Positions 1 through 9,428 of a stretch of 64,000 nucleotides of DNA are shown here, in pieces. This stretch comes from Eubacteriales bacterium (GTDB lineage Bacteria; Bacillota; Clostridia; Oscillospirales; CAG-272): contig JAZRUG010000017.1 of assembly GCA_045652425.1 (NCBI GenBank), positions 16,003-80,002 on the forward strand, in the 5' to 3' direction. Each line of letters starts with the position of its first letter. Within the stretch, counting starts at the first letter, position 1. Made by a program: the position numbers and the translations under genes. The notes under the pieces are model-generated. The model worked only from the letters and a program-made list of their open reading frames with translations, had not been told where the DNA came from and did not search any database.

Positions 1-2196
1 TTCTCTGCATATCATAAATGCCGACAAGAAACCAATACCAAAGTTGCTAATCGGCTTGTATTCTATGTCCAATTCTCGATATTCATCACCAGAATAAAAA
101 CTTCTACCTATACTAGTGAAGTAACGCTCAATTTTAAACCTATCCATACCTGTTCCAAAATCTTTAATTCTAAAAAATTTGCGTCCTTGTGATTGTCCAA
201 GCGTTATATATATAGTTTTATCAAAGTCACTATCAGTAGAAGCTCTCACCGCTATTGCATCAATAGAATTTTGAATTAACTCTCTAGCAAACACCTCTTT
301 TTTTGCATAAATATTATCTCCAGTCAAAAGAGGAATAAGTGTTGGTATATAAGCTTCAAAATTATAGTTATCAATAGCATTGGGACTATTATCCTTTTCG
401 ATTTTAGGTGTTAAATAATATAACTTTAGTCCAACAGTCTTAAAATAATCCTCAAACTTGCTAATAATCAATTCAAATTCTTTAACAAATAAAACTGCTA
501 ATTTATGTGCAGTAGCAGAATTACACCGAAGATCAATAAATGCACTTCTGCGGTCAGCGTCAGAATGAATCATTATTTTCTGAACAGGAATATTTTGATG
601 AAACTCTGTTTCATCAAGTTTTATATTTACTTTGTATTTAATGTATTTATTATAGAAACTACCTGCATAATATCTCAACATCAAATATATGTCTGTTATA
701 AAAATCCCAATCATACTAAATGACAAGTAGTACTTTGTTTTTTTGCTTTGAAGATTACCAAAAATTTCATCACATTTTTCTTTTAATTTATTCAGATCAC
801 TTTGCTCAAATATCTTTAAATATTGCTTTTTATCAAAGCCTACATCCGGAATGTTATTAAATAATAAATCATTTAAAATATTATAATATGAAGCATCAAT
901 ATTTTCTTTACCCAAAATTTGTTTTATTTTAAGTACCCTATAATTCATAGCGTATAGTAAGAAAAATACACACAAGCTATTTGTTTCAAATATTTTGTGT
1001 ATCTCTTCAAAACCAACAAATACACTTTCTAACCACTTAAGCATATTGTTATAATCGTCTGCTACAATGTTAATTTTTTCAATTGCATCAGAATATAAAG
1101 AAAACAATTCTGGACTATTTAATTTCAATATATTAAGAAGCTTGACACTTGCAAAATTATCTCTGCTTTTAGGCGGAATTTGTCTAGTAATTATAGGTTC
1201 TGATTGATCATTGTTACATACAAATTTTCGTTGTACCAACTCTACATCACTGTCTTTATCATAAAAATCAATAATGTTAAATGTATGCTTTGCAACCCGT
1301 TTAGTACCTACGGAACCACCAGCTATAACGTTAATAACACTTTTGGGATCCTCATAATAGGAATCTGTAATCAATGGTCTTTCTAAATCAAAATGTTTAT
1401 GTCCGTGTAGTACAGTCTTTACGTGAGCTTGTTGTAATTGTTGAATTATGTTTGTATAATTTCGTATAAGACTGGAGTCACCATATTTATTATGAACCTC
1501 TGGAAATAAATAAAAATGATGATGGAAAAACGCAATTATATTGTAGTCATCATATTTTTTTAATTCTCTCTTAACCTTTAACAGTTGATTAGGAGTTATC
1601 TCACCAAAATCAACAAAAGATTTGTTTTTCATCTGTGTGTCTACAAAACCTAATAATTTTTTCTTTTCAATACCAAATGTATTAAACTGCGAATCGTCAA
1701 TTCTTTCTATATCTTTAAGAATCTTGGAATCAAACAACGATTCTTTTTTTAAACCACACGAATTAAAACCAACAAAAGCAATCCTGTTTTCATCGTATGT
1801 TTTTAAAAGAGAGAAATCATCAGCATCATAAAAATCAGGAATTAAACCATAAAATCCATTTAAAAAAGCACTATATTTAGTCCAACGTTTAGATTCATCA
1901 TCTGCTCTAATAATATCGTGATTACCCGGAACAAACAAAAAATCACTTTTTGTTATATTTGTAGAAGCTTTTAACTCTTCAAAAATAATATTAAAAAAGT
2001 TTATAGCTTCAGATACTATACTATCACTTTCACCGCATGTACCTTCGAATATATCGCCAGTAACAATAACAGCTTGTATCCCATTAATATTTTCGTTTTC
2101 TATATCAGAAATAATTCTGTATGCAATATTTTTTGATTCCATATATGTGTCACCAATATGAATATCAGACAAATGAAGTACCCTAAATAGTTTCAT
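1..2196 (-). CDS. Calcineurin-like metallophosphoesterase fused to a central helical region and an Hsp90/MORC-like GHKL ATPase domain. Partial: the 3' end lies beyond the window start.
   Basis: Absent from the ORF track because there is no stop inside the window. My translation of the minus strand from ATG 2196-2194 (GGAGGG 2204-2209 upstream) has no stop down to position 1 (732 codons). Metallophosphoesterase motifs: LSDIHIGD (DIH at 2158-2166), VTGDIFEG, VPGNHD (1915-1929), FFHHH, LHGHKH. GHKL motifs: ELIQNSIDA (256-282), DFGTGM (145-162), NFGIGFLSAF (16-45). Confidence 0.8.
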   Translation of the reverse strand, partial: MKLFRVLHLSDIHIGDTYMESKNIAYRIISDIENENINGIQAVIVTGDIFEGTCGESDSIVSEAINFFNIIFEELKASTNITKSDFLFVPGNHDIIRADDESKRWTKYSAFLNGFYGLIPDFYDADDFSLLKTYDENRIAFVGFNSCGLKKESLFDSKILKDIERIDDSQFNTFGIEKKKLLGFVDTQMKNKSFVDFGEITPNQLLKVKRELKKYDDYNIIAFFHHHFYLFPEVHNKYGDSSLIRNYTNIIQQLQQAHVKTVLHGHKHFDLERPLITDSYYEDPKSVINVIAGGSVGTKRVAKHTFNIIDFYDKDSDVELVQRKFVCNNDQSEPIITRQIPPKSRDNFASVKLLNILKLNSPELFSLYSDAIEKINIVADDYNNMLKWLESVFVGFEEIHKIFETNSLCVFFLLYAMNYRVLKIKQILGKENIDASYYNILNDLLFNNIPDVGFDKKQYLKIFEQSDLNKLKEKCDEIFGNLQSKKTKYYLSFSMIGIFITDIYLMLRYYAGSFYNKYIKYKVNIKLDETEFHQNIPVQKIMIHSDADRRSAFIDLRCNSATAHKLAVLFVKEFELIISKFEDYFKTVGLKLYYLTPKIEKDNSPNAIDNYNFEAYIPTLIPLLTGDNIYAKKEVFARELIQNSIDAIAVRASTDSDFDKTIYITLGQSQGRKFFRIKDFGTGMDRFKIERYFTSIGRSFYSGDEYRELDIEYKPISNFGIGFLSAFMICRE

Positions 2197-2393
2197 AAAA
2201 ATGCCCTCCACTTTTTGTGTTAAGCAAATTATACCATAATATGACATAAAACGCAATATAACATTAACTATTTAGTACAATACCTTTATAAAAAATATAC
2301 AGCCAAACTCGATTGCATTTGAAGTAGTTATTTTGTGTTTAAGATATATACTTCAACAAAACACTTAAAAAATTATGTTTTTTAATATATACT

Positions 2394-2422
2394 AAAAAAG
2401 GTAGTACCCACAAGTACTACCT
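2394..2422 (-). terminator. Rho-independent terminator after the integrase remnant
   Basis: Stem aggtagtac/gtactacct (2399-2422) with A-run 2394-2399, which is a U-run on the minus strand. Confidence 0.6.
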
Positions 2423-2430
2423 TTTTATCA

Positions 2431-2874
2431 TTACTTACCTAGCACAATACTATCAAGCTTAGTTGCCGCTTCCATGTCCATCTCCGGCAATACGTGGGTA
2501 TAAGTGTTAAGCGTTACACTAACATCAGCATGTCCTAGTCTTTGCTGAACTACCCTTGGGTTAACACCGGCTTGAATTAATGCTGTTGCGTTGCTGTGAC
2601 GGAGATCGTGCAAACGTATATCAGGCAAGTTGTTTGCTTGTATGAATCTCTTCCACTTCCTTGTCATAGCGTCCGGAGTCATAGGAGAGCCGTCTTTCTG
2701 TCTTATTACAAAGTTTAAGTCTTGGTATCCTGTTCCGTATTCCTCTCTATCATGGCAATACTGTTCTTTAGCCATATTCAGCACAGACACAACCTCATCA
2801 CCTATCTGAACGTCTCTGATACCAGCTTCGCTCTTAGGTGCTTTAATAATAAAGCCGTCCTCACCTCTAACCAT
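2431..2874 (-). pseudogene. Tyrosine recombinase (phage integrase family), C-terminal catalytic fragment only
   Basis: The 147-aa ORF carries HDLRHSNAT...LGHADVSVTLNTYTHV (the H-x-x-R, H and Y catalytic part). The N-terminal core-binding region and first catalytic Arg box are missing, with stops upstream. Full-length integrases are about 350-400 aa. Confidence 0.75.
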
Positions 2875-2954
2875 ATTACTTCTTACCTTTATGATATTAT
2901 TATCTAAGTCTATAATATATATTTACAGCAATAAGTTTTACGCTAAAACCGTCG

Positions 2955-3025
2955 AGCCGACCATGAACAACAGAAAAGCCGTCCAAAAAGAACAGTCTAA
3001 ATCCTGACTATTCCTGATGAACGGC
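2955..3025. repeat. 71-nt direct repeat, copy 1 (pairs with 3772-3842)
   Basis: agccgaccatgaacaacagaaaagccgtccaaaaagaacagtctaaatcctgactattcctgatgaacggc. 62/71 identical to copy 2 by hand alignment. Confidence 0.8.
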
Positions 3026-3073
3026 ATGGAATTCCAATGAATGATGAAGCATTGGCTTTGCCAATATAAAGCA

Positions 3074-3110
3074 CAAGCTTCGCTTTTGTAAAGCGAAGCT
3101 TGCTGTTTTT
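3074..3110. terminator. Hairpin terminator downstream of the GyrI-like gene
   Basis: Stem caagcttcgctt/aagcgaagcttg (3074-3102), followed by a T-run on the plus strand and a weaker U-tract on the minus strand. Confidence 0.5.
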
Positions 3111-3125
3111 TAAAAATGTGCCGGA

Positions 3126-3635
3126 CTAAACTACAAAATAACAGTAATCAAGAATTACATTTCCACTTTCGTCAGGCGTAGTATACCGAGGGCACACACA
3201 GTTTTCAAATGAGTATACTGCACCTTGTTCGTCACGCCACAATCTCATACCTTTTTCTTCGATATTTTGTTTGCAGGCACTTGTATTGTGCACTTCACTT
3301 TCCTTACCTCTGATCCAACAGGTTCCTAAACTCAAATCTTTAAAATCTATGTAAATAAATCCATCCGGTACAGGTGTATTTTCGGGAGTAAACATACCAA
3401 TGTAATATTCAAAGGGCTGCCCTTCTGCCCGTTTTTCAACACCAACATATCCTCCGCCATTCTCCCAAACAGAAAGGATTTTATCCGTTCCTCCCATAAC
3501 CTGCTCCAGAAGATCAAACCAACCGTTTTGCCACCATTCGCCCCAGTGACCAAAACTGTTGTACTTTTTTCCGATAAATCTCATCGAGGGTATGTTCTCT
3601 TTAAATACCTTAACAATATCAGCCATACTAAACAC
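3126..3635 (-). CDS. GyrI-like / effector-binding-domain small-molecule-binding protein
   Basis: 169-aa ORF with pattern PSMRFIGKKY...FEYYIGMFTPE...DGFIYIDF...YSFENC, typical of GyrI-like/AraC effector-binding domains. Assigned by resemblance only. Confidence 0.5.
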   Translation of the reverse strand: MFSMADIVKVFKENIPSMRFIGKKYNSFGHWGEWWQNGWFDLLEQVMGGTDKILSVWENGGGYVGVEKRAEGQPFEYYIGMFTPENTPVPDGFIYIDFKDLSLGTCWIRGKESEVHNTSACKQNIEEKGMRLWRDEQGAVYSFENCVCPRYTTPDESGNVILDYCYFVV

Positions 3636-3771
3636 TCCTTAACATTCGTTTTTTCAAAAAACGGCCGTATCTTTTGACTATCATGTTAATTGTATCACGG
3701 CAATCATCATTTTTCAATATATTTCAACGAAAAGTTGAGATATAACATCTTTACTGCGATAAATATTATCA

Positions 3772-3842
3772 AGCCGACCATAGATATCACAAAAGCCGAC
3801 CAAAAAGAACAGTCTAAATCATAACTATTCCTAATGAACGGC
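3772..3842. repeat. 71-nt direct repeat, copy 2 (pairs with 2955-3025)
   Basis: agccgaccatagatatcacaaaagccgaccaaaaagaacagtctaaatcataactattcctaatgaacggc. Same orientation as copy 1; the two copies bracket the GyrI-like gene. Confidence 0.8.
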
Positions 3843-4206
3843 TATACGAAAAACTTGTGGGACTTGTTTGCCCTTCCGAAAATATAGTCGAGTCCGTTTC
3901 GCAAGGTAAAACCTTGCTCTGCCCTCTCCTTATTTTCGTTAATCGCCTCTAAAAAACAGTCCACAGGACTGTTTTTTATTTCGGCTCACCCACTCCCTCC
4001 GGATAACCCGTCGGCGTGAGGTAAAGTAAAAATGAAATCGTGGCATTACCACGATGATATCCTCACTATGCTCGGATGAAATCTTCGGTGTTCCACCTCA
4101 GATGAAATTAAATCCGCCTTTCTTATCCCCGCGTCAGCGGGATTTCATCGCGAAGCGATTTCAACCATCGCAGATGGATTTATTCCGTCGAAAGCGGATT
4201 TAGTTG

Positions 4207-4239
4207 AAAAAAGAAAAGCAAGTCATTCGACTTGCTTTC
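4207..4239 (-). terminator. Terminator of the tRNA-Leu/tRNA-fMet transcription unit
   Basis: Stem gaaaagcaagtc/gacttgctttc with A-run 4207-4212 (a U-run on the minus strand), immediately 3' of the tRNA. Confidence 0.7.
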
Positions 4240-4246
4240 TTTTTTC

Positions 4247-4323
<77 letters not shown>

Positions 4324-4344
4324 ATATTAAGTTTAGTACAACTT

Positions 4345-4434
4345 TGGTGCCGGTGACCGGGGTCGAACCGGTACGGGAGTTGAATTCCCACGGGATTTTA
4401 AGTCCCGGGCGTCTGCCAATTCCGCCACACCGGC
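4345..4434 (-). tRNA. tRNA-Leu (anticodon TAA)
   Basis: Reverse complement starts GCCGGTGTGGCGGAATTGGCAGACGC. Anticodon stem-loop CGGGA-CTTAAAA-TCCCG, long variable arm, T-arm ACCGGTTCGACCCCGGT, acceptor CACCGGC-A-CCA. Confidence 0.9.
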
Positions 4435-4737
4435 ATTTTTGGCTGCCCGTATATTATACTACAACTCATTTTCTTTGTCAATACTTTTTCGTAATTATTA
4501 TTTTTTTAATACCTGCTAACCCTTTTGTTTCCGCTCTACTCAATTATACGCAATATATTTGGTATTTATTCCTTCTTTGTAAAAAATTTATATAAAATAA
4601 CCGACAGACTATTCGTGAATCGCCCCTACTCCGAAAATTTGTGTAAACAATCCCCTCCGCCATTTCTCTTAAAAAGCAAAGAACCGTCTTCAAAAAAGAC
4701 AGTTCTTTGTTTTTACTAATGTTTTTACTAAAAAACC

Positions 4738-5115
4738 TTATGCGAGATATGCTATTACCTCTACCTCAACCAATGCACCTTTCGGTAACTCCTTTACCGC
4801 AAAGCAGCTACGCGCGGGGGCAGACGTTATATATTTTGCATATACTTCATTAAATGCCGCAAAGTCTGCAATATCCGCCAAAAAGCAAGTCGTCTTTACC
4901 ACGTTATCAAATGTAGCTCCCCCTGCTTCAAGAACTGCCGCAAGGTTCTTCATAACCTGCTCTGCCTGTTCTTTGATACCAACAGCATCTATATTGCCTG
5001 TTTCAGCATTAATCGGAAGCGTTCCCGACGTATAAATAATATTGTTCACCATAATCGCCTGAGAATAAGGTCCTATCGCCTTCGGCGCTTTATCTGTAGA
5101 AATCTTGTTAATCAT
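4738..5115 (-). CDS. ridA: RidA/YjgF family reactive-intermediate deaminase
   Basis: 125 aa with KAPKAIGPYSQA...TSGTLPI...VKTTCFL...AR..VEV, the canonical family signature. Confidence 0.9.
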   Translation of the reverse strand: MINKISTDKAPKAIGPYSQAIMVNNIIYTSGTLPINAETGNIDAVGIKEQAEQVMKNLAAVLEAGGATFDNVVKTTCFLADIADFAAFNEVYAKYITSAPARSCFAVKELPKGALVEVEVIAYLA

Positions 5116-5307
5116 AAAGAAATACCCCCTTCTTTTTCTTCATTATATCATACTTTTCCCGAAAATAAATAGATTTTGAAAAATCGCTCGTTTTTCTGTA
5201 TTGATTTTTATTAATACTCGCTATAGGTTTTTTCAATTTGCGAAGGGTTGACATATATGATATAATGTAAAGACTAATGATTTACAAGAAGGAAAAGGGA
5301 CGAATAT

Positions 5308-6216
5308 ATGACCATTCAACAATGCAACTATGTTCTGACTATTGCAAAAGCAGGCTCTTTTAACGAAGCGGCAAAACAGCTTTTCATCGCGCAATCCACC
5401 TTGTCTTTAAGCATAAAATCGCTTGAAAACGAACTTGGAATAAAAATATTCGAGCGTTCCGGAAACGGTGTTTTTCTTACCGACGACGGCTCGGAATTTG
5501 TCAAATATGCTCGGCAGATTGTTGAAAACAGTAATTTTGTTCAAGAAAGATATAAATCTCCAAACGTTCACCAGAAGTTATTTATCGTAACACAGCATTA
5601 CGACTTTATCGCCGATATTTTCGGCAAGATGTTAGGCGAAATGCCCGATTGTGATTACAACTTCGCGCTGAAAGAAATTCAAACTCACGACGTCATATCG
5701 GAGATTGAAAAATCCCACAGCGACATTGGGGTTATCGCCATAAAAGGAAGCGATTCCGATATATTAAAACGATACATAAACAAAAAGGGCGTAACGTTTA
5801 CCCCCGTCTTAAAGGCAGCTCCTCATATTTATATGAGAAAAGAACACCCATTGGCAAACAGAGAAAAGCTTACAAGAGCTGACCTGCGCGATTACCCATA
5901 TATCGCCTACGAGCAGGGTGAACACAATACCCCGTTCTTCACAGAAGAATTAACGCAAGGTATCCCCGGAAACAAGCTCGTAACCATAAGCGACAGAGCG
6001 ACTCTTATGAACGTGCTTATGATTTCCGACTCCTACACTATCGGTACGGGAATTATGCCCTCGGCGCTTAACAAAGGATATATCGTCAGCGTCCCCCTTG
6101 AAAGCGATGATTTTTATATGATAGGATACCTTTTAAACGAAAACAAAAAGACCTCACCTTTGGTTGAAAAGTTTATAAAAATGCTTTGCGAAATGGAAGA
6201 AAGTATAGAAAAATGA
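5308..6216 (+). CDS. LysR-family transcriptional regulator
   Basis: N-terminal HTH (IQQCNYVLTIAKAGSFNEAAKQLFIAQSTLSLSIKSLENELGIKIFER) followed by a substrate-binding domain of typical length. Confidence 0.9.
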   Translation: MTIQQCNYVLTIAKAGSFNEAAKQLFIAQSTLSLSIKSLENELGIKIFERSGNGVFLTDDGSEFVKYARQIVENSNFVQERYKSPNVHQKLFIVTQHYDFIADIFGKMLGEMPDCDYNFALKEIQTHDVISEIEKSHSDIGVIAIKGSDSDILKRYINKKGVTFTPVLKAAPHIYMRKEHPLANREKLTRADLRDYPYIAYEQGEHNTPFFTEELTQGIPGNKLVTISDRATLMNVLMISDSYTIGTGIMPSALNKGYIVSVPLESDDFYMIGYLLNENKKTSPLVEKFIKMLCEMEESIEK

Positions 6217-6857
6217 CTCATATAGTTATGGTTATACTTGAGGTTATCGGCACAATAGCTTTTGCCGTAACAGGCGCGTTTCTGTCGGTAAAAAGACACC
6301 TCGACATTTTCGGTGTCGTATTTATCGGCTGTATCACGGCTGTGGGTGGCGGTATAACAAGAGATATAATAATCGGTAAGTTTCCGCCTACGATATTTTC
6401 ACATACACCAATATTGCTGATAGCCGCAATAACCTCTGTAATAGTATTTTTGATTTCCTATCTTCACGCAGATAAGTTTGAACAGATACGCGAGAAAACG
6501 GAAAAGATAAACAACGTTTTTGATGCAATTGGTCTTTCAGCCTTTGCTGTAACAGGTACGGAAGCGGTATATCACAGCGAATACGGCGGATATTTTGTAC
6601 TTGCTGTACTTATGGGTATGCTGACAGGGGTGGGCGGCGGAATATTCCGTGACATACTTGTAACAGAAACTCCCTACGTTTTGAAAAAGCACGTATATGC
6701 ATTGGCGGCATTGATAGGCAGTATAATATACTACGTATTGCGTGGTTTTGTCGGCATCACGCTTTCTTCAATAATCGCAATGGTTCTCATATTTTCCATT
6801 CGTATGTTGGCAACCAAATATCATTGGAAACTACCCAAGGTAAAACTTGATAATTAG
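6213..6857 (+). CDS. UPF0126 (YadS/YicG, TRIC-like) membrane protein
   Basis: Two UPF0126 repeats (GGGITRDI, GGGIFRDIL) in a multi-TM protein. I prefer ATG 6213, which overlaps the LysR stop (ATGA), over the track start at 6186. Confidence 0.8.
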   Translation: MTHIVMVILEVIGTIAFAVTGAFLSVKRHLDIFGVVFIGCITAVGGGITRDIIIGKFPPTIFSHTPILLIAAITSVIVFLISYLHADKFEQIREKTEKINNVFDAIGLSAFAVTGTEAVYHSEYGGYFVLAVLMGMLTGVGGGIFRDILVTETPYVLKKHVYALAALIGSIIYYVLRGFVGITLSSIIAMVLIFSIRMLATKYHWKLPKVKLDN

Positions 6858-6894
6858 GAATAAATAAAGCACTAACAAAAAGTCTGTACACACA

Positions 6895-7243
6895 GAAAGC
6901 CCTTTCCTGTGGGTAGCGAAGCGGCGTGAGCGTAATGAATGACAGTCCGGTGGACTGTCAGAACGCGAGCGTGACCGAACCGCAGTAGAGGGTGGATGCC
7001 GTTTAAAAAAGGCGATATTTTCTACATTGAGATTTTAATCAGTAGAAAATATCGCCTTTTTAGGCAGACGGGATGAGAGTTCAGCTTTAAGTTTTTGAGC
7101 CTTTATCCGTTGAATATTACTTTAAGTTTAGTTTACAAAGATAATTGTTTTCTTATTACATAGGAATAAAGGCTGTTCTAATCGTTTACCGAGCTCTCAT
7201 CCCGTCACGCTTCGCGTGCCACCCTTCCCACAGGAAAGGGCTA
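6895..7243. repeat. Compound nested inverted-repeat intergenic element
   Basis: Outer inverted repeat agccctttcctgtggg (6897-6913) / cccacaggaaagggct (7228-7243). Inner pair gacgggatgagag (7068-7080) / ctctcatcccgtc (7194-7206). Internal hairpins gacagtccggtggactgtc (6941-6959) and a perfect 20-bp stem aaaaaggcgatattttctac/gtagaaaatatcgccttttt (7006-7061). Confidence 0.75.
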
Positions 7244-7279
7244 AACAATATACCTGCATATTTGTGTATTTGTGCACTC

Positions 7280-7900
7280 TTATTTTACTTTTATAAGAAG
7301 CAATTTACCGCATTTTACCGATACTTCGGCAACAACTCCTTTTAATACTTCGTTGCTTATACCGTATTGATATGAAGTTTTTATTTCGGCATTATCAAGA
7401 GGATATTTTGCGTTCTTTATGGTTATACCTTTGGCTTCGCCCGTTATGTTAAGCAAAGAAAAGAATGAAAAATTATCGTCAATATATTTAGGCGTTTCTG
7501 AAACAAGCTCCATTTCCGAGTAATCGTCAACTATTACTGCCTTTTTTTCCGCACTGTCCAACAAGTCAAGAATATACAGATTTCCAAGAGTATGGTCAAG
7601 CCTTTGCCCTATCGCTCCGACTATCAGAAATTCATCAAATCCGCGCCTTATCCCCTCTTTGACAGCAAATACCGTATCGGTATCGTCTTTTTCGCAGGGT
7701 AAGACTATGGTTTCAGCCTCTGTATTCGGTCTTATATATGAGTCAAAATCTCCTACTATAAGATTTGTTTCTATACCAAGATCTTTCTGATGTCTTAATC
7801 CGCAATCGCAAAATATATTAAAGTCATCATTTTTCAAATATTTTCTTACTGCGGCATAGTCCCCTATTTCCGCGCCGCCGACAATTACACACCTACTCAT
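7280..7900 (-). CDS. thiN: Thiamine diphosphokinase
   Basis: 206 aa with VIVGG...IVGDFDS...DDTD...GA.G.RLDH, the TPK motifs. It is the last gene of the thi operon. Confidence 0.88.
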   Translation of the reverse strand: MSRCVIVGGAEIGDYAAVRKYLKNDDFNIFCDCGLRHQKDLGIETNLIVGDFDSYIRPNTEAETIVLPCEKDDTDTVFAVKEGIRRGFDEFLIVGAIGQRLDHTLGNLYILDLLDSAEKKAVIVDDYSEMELVSETPKYIDDNFSFFSLLNITGEAKGITIKNAKYPLDNAEIKTSYQYGISNEVLKGVVAEVSVKCGKLLLIKVK

Positions 7901-8697
7901 TCATTTATCTCCTTTAAACAAAATGCGTGATTCATAGGACCCGAGCCTTTGCCTATATCAAGCATATCGGCAAGGGCTTTTGATATATATTCTTTCGCCT
8001 TTTTTACCGACTGTTCAAGCGAAAGTCCTTTCGCAAGATTTGAAGCTATAGCACTTGATAAAGTACAGCCTGTACCGTGTGTATTCGGATTGTTTATCCG
8101 TTTTCCCTTAAACCAGGTAAATTCGCCCTTTGAATATAACAGATCATTTGCATCGTTTATACTATGTCCCCCTTTTAGCAAAACAGAACAGCCGTATGAA
8201 TCACTTATGTATTTTGCCGCTTTTTTCATACCTTCTTCATCATTAACTGTCACCCCGGTCAACACTTCGGCTTCGGGAATGTTTGGAGTTACAAGTGTTG
8301 CTATAGGCAATAAGTCTGACGTTAAAGCAGAAATTGCCTCGTTTTTCATAAGCTTTGAACCGCTTGTTGCAACCATTACGGGATCTACAACAATATTCTT
8401 TGCCCCATAATGCTTTAATTTCTCTGCGATAACTTTAATAAGCGTACTTGAAGATACCATACCTATTTTCACGGAATCTGGAAATATATCCTCAAATACT
8501 GCATCAAGCTGGTCTGCAAAAAACACGGGGCTGACTTCCATAATACTCCGTACGCCTGTAGTGTTTTGAGCTGTCAACGCAGTTATTACACTCATAGCGT
8601 ATACACCGTTCACAGTCATAGTTTTCAAATCCGCCTGAATTCCCGCGCCTCCGCTGCAATCGCTTCCGGCAACGGTCAATGCTGTTTTCATTTTCAT
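7897..8697 (-). CDS. thiD: Hydroxymethylpyrimidine/phosphomethylpyrimidine kinase
   Basis: TALTVAGSDCSGGAGIQADLKT...HGTGCTLSSAIA. Start chosen at ATG 8697 behind AAGGAG; the track ORF extends to 8742. Confidence 0.9.
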   Translation of the reverse strand: MKMKTALTVAGSDCSGGAGIQADLKTMTVNGVYAMSVITALTAQNTTGVRSIMEVSPVFFADQLDAVFEDIFPDSVKIGMVSSSTLIKVIAEKLKHYGAKNIVVDPVMVATSGSKLMKNEAISALTSDLLPIATLVTPNIPEAEVLTGVTVNDEEGMKKAAKYISDSYGCSVLLKGGHSINDANDLLYSKGEFTWFKGKRINNPNTHGTGCTLSSAIASNLAKGLSLEQSVKKAKEYISKALADMLDIGKGSGPMNHAFCLKEINE

Positions 8698-8804
8698 TAA
8701 TAAATCTCCTTTCATTTTCAGCATCGTTTTATTAAGCGGCATAAAGTGGTGCTCCCATTATGCCGCATTCTGTAACATTGTCAAAGTAAAGTTCAATTAT
8801 TTTT

Positions 8805-9428
8805 TTAGTTTTCAAAAGATTTTTTTAGTTCAATCACCGCTTTTTGCGGATCAGATGCTTTCATCACAGCCGAGACAACGCATATTCCGGATATACCTAT
8901 TCCTTTAAAAATATTTATGTTATTCTTGTTTAATCCGCCAATAGCATTAACCGGAATATCTACCGAATTACAAATATCCCGTAAAGTTTCAACCGGTGTA
9001 AGAACCGTTACCACTTTCGTGGTGGTCGGGTAAATAGCCCCTACCCCAAGGTAATCAGCCCCCCGTTTTTGAGCATCAATTGCCTGTTCAACTGTTTTTG
9101 TAGTTGCGCCGATTATTGCTTTTTCTCCCAAAATACCTCTTGCAATGTCAATCGGCATATCGGTTTGACCGAGATGAACGCCTTCAGCCCCCACCGCCAA
9201 CGCAACGTCTACCCTATCGTCAATAAGCAACGGAACGTTATATTTCTGAGTCAAGGTATGTACTTTTTTAGCAAGGTCGATATATTCCCTTGTCGTTCTG
9301 TTTTTTTCGCGAAGCTGTACAAGTGTAACACCGCCTTTTAATGCCTCTTCTATTCGATATAAAAACTCATTCTCACCGAAGTCGTTACTATCTGTAATAA
9401 AATAAAGAGTTGAATCAAATTTTTTCAT
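8805..9428 (-). CDS. thiE: Thiamine-phosphate synthase
   Basis: 207 aa with LYFITD...VQLREK...INDRVD.A....GVHLGQ.D, the ThiE pattern. Confidence 0.9.
   Translation of the reverse strand: MKKFDSTLYFITDSNDFGENEFLYRIEEALKGGVTLVQLREKNRTTREYIDLAKKVHTLTQKYNVPLLIDDRVDVALAVGAEGVHLGQTDMPIDIARGILGEKAIIGATTKTVEQAIDAQKRGADYLGVGAIYPTTTKVVTVLTPVETLRDICNSVDIPVNAIGGLNKNNINIFKGIGISGICVVSAVMKASDPQKAVIELKKSFEN

Noticed and set aside
505-1831. Three plus-strand track ORFs (505-723, 1204-1386, 1622-1831)
   Set aside because: They lie antisense inside the continuous 732-codon minus-strand metallophosphoesterase-GHKL ORF, have low-complexity AT-rich translations and lack an RBS. I treat them as shadow ORFs.
4344-4719. 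Track ORFs 4344-4595 and 4525-4719
   Set aside because: The first starts inside the tRNA-Leu gene and runs through an AT-rich intergenic region. Neither has an RBS or a recognisable motif.
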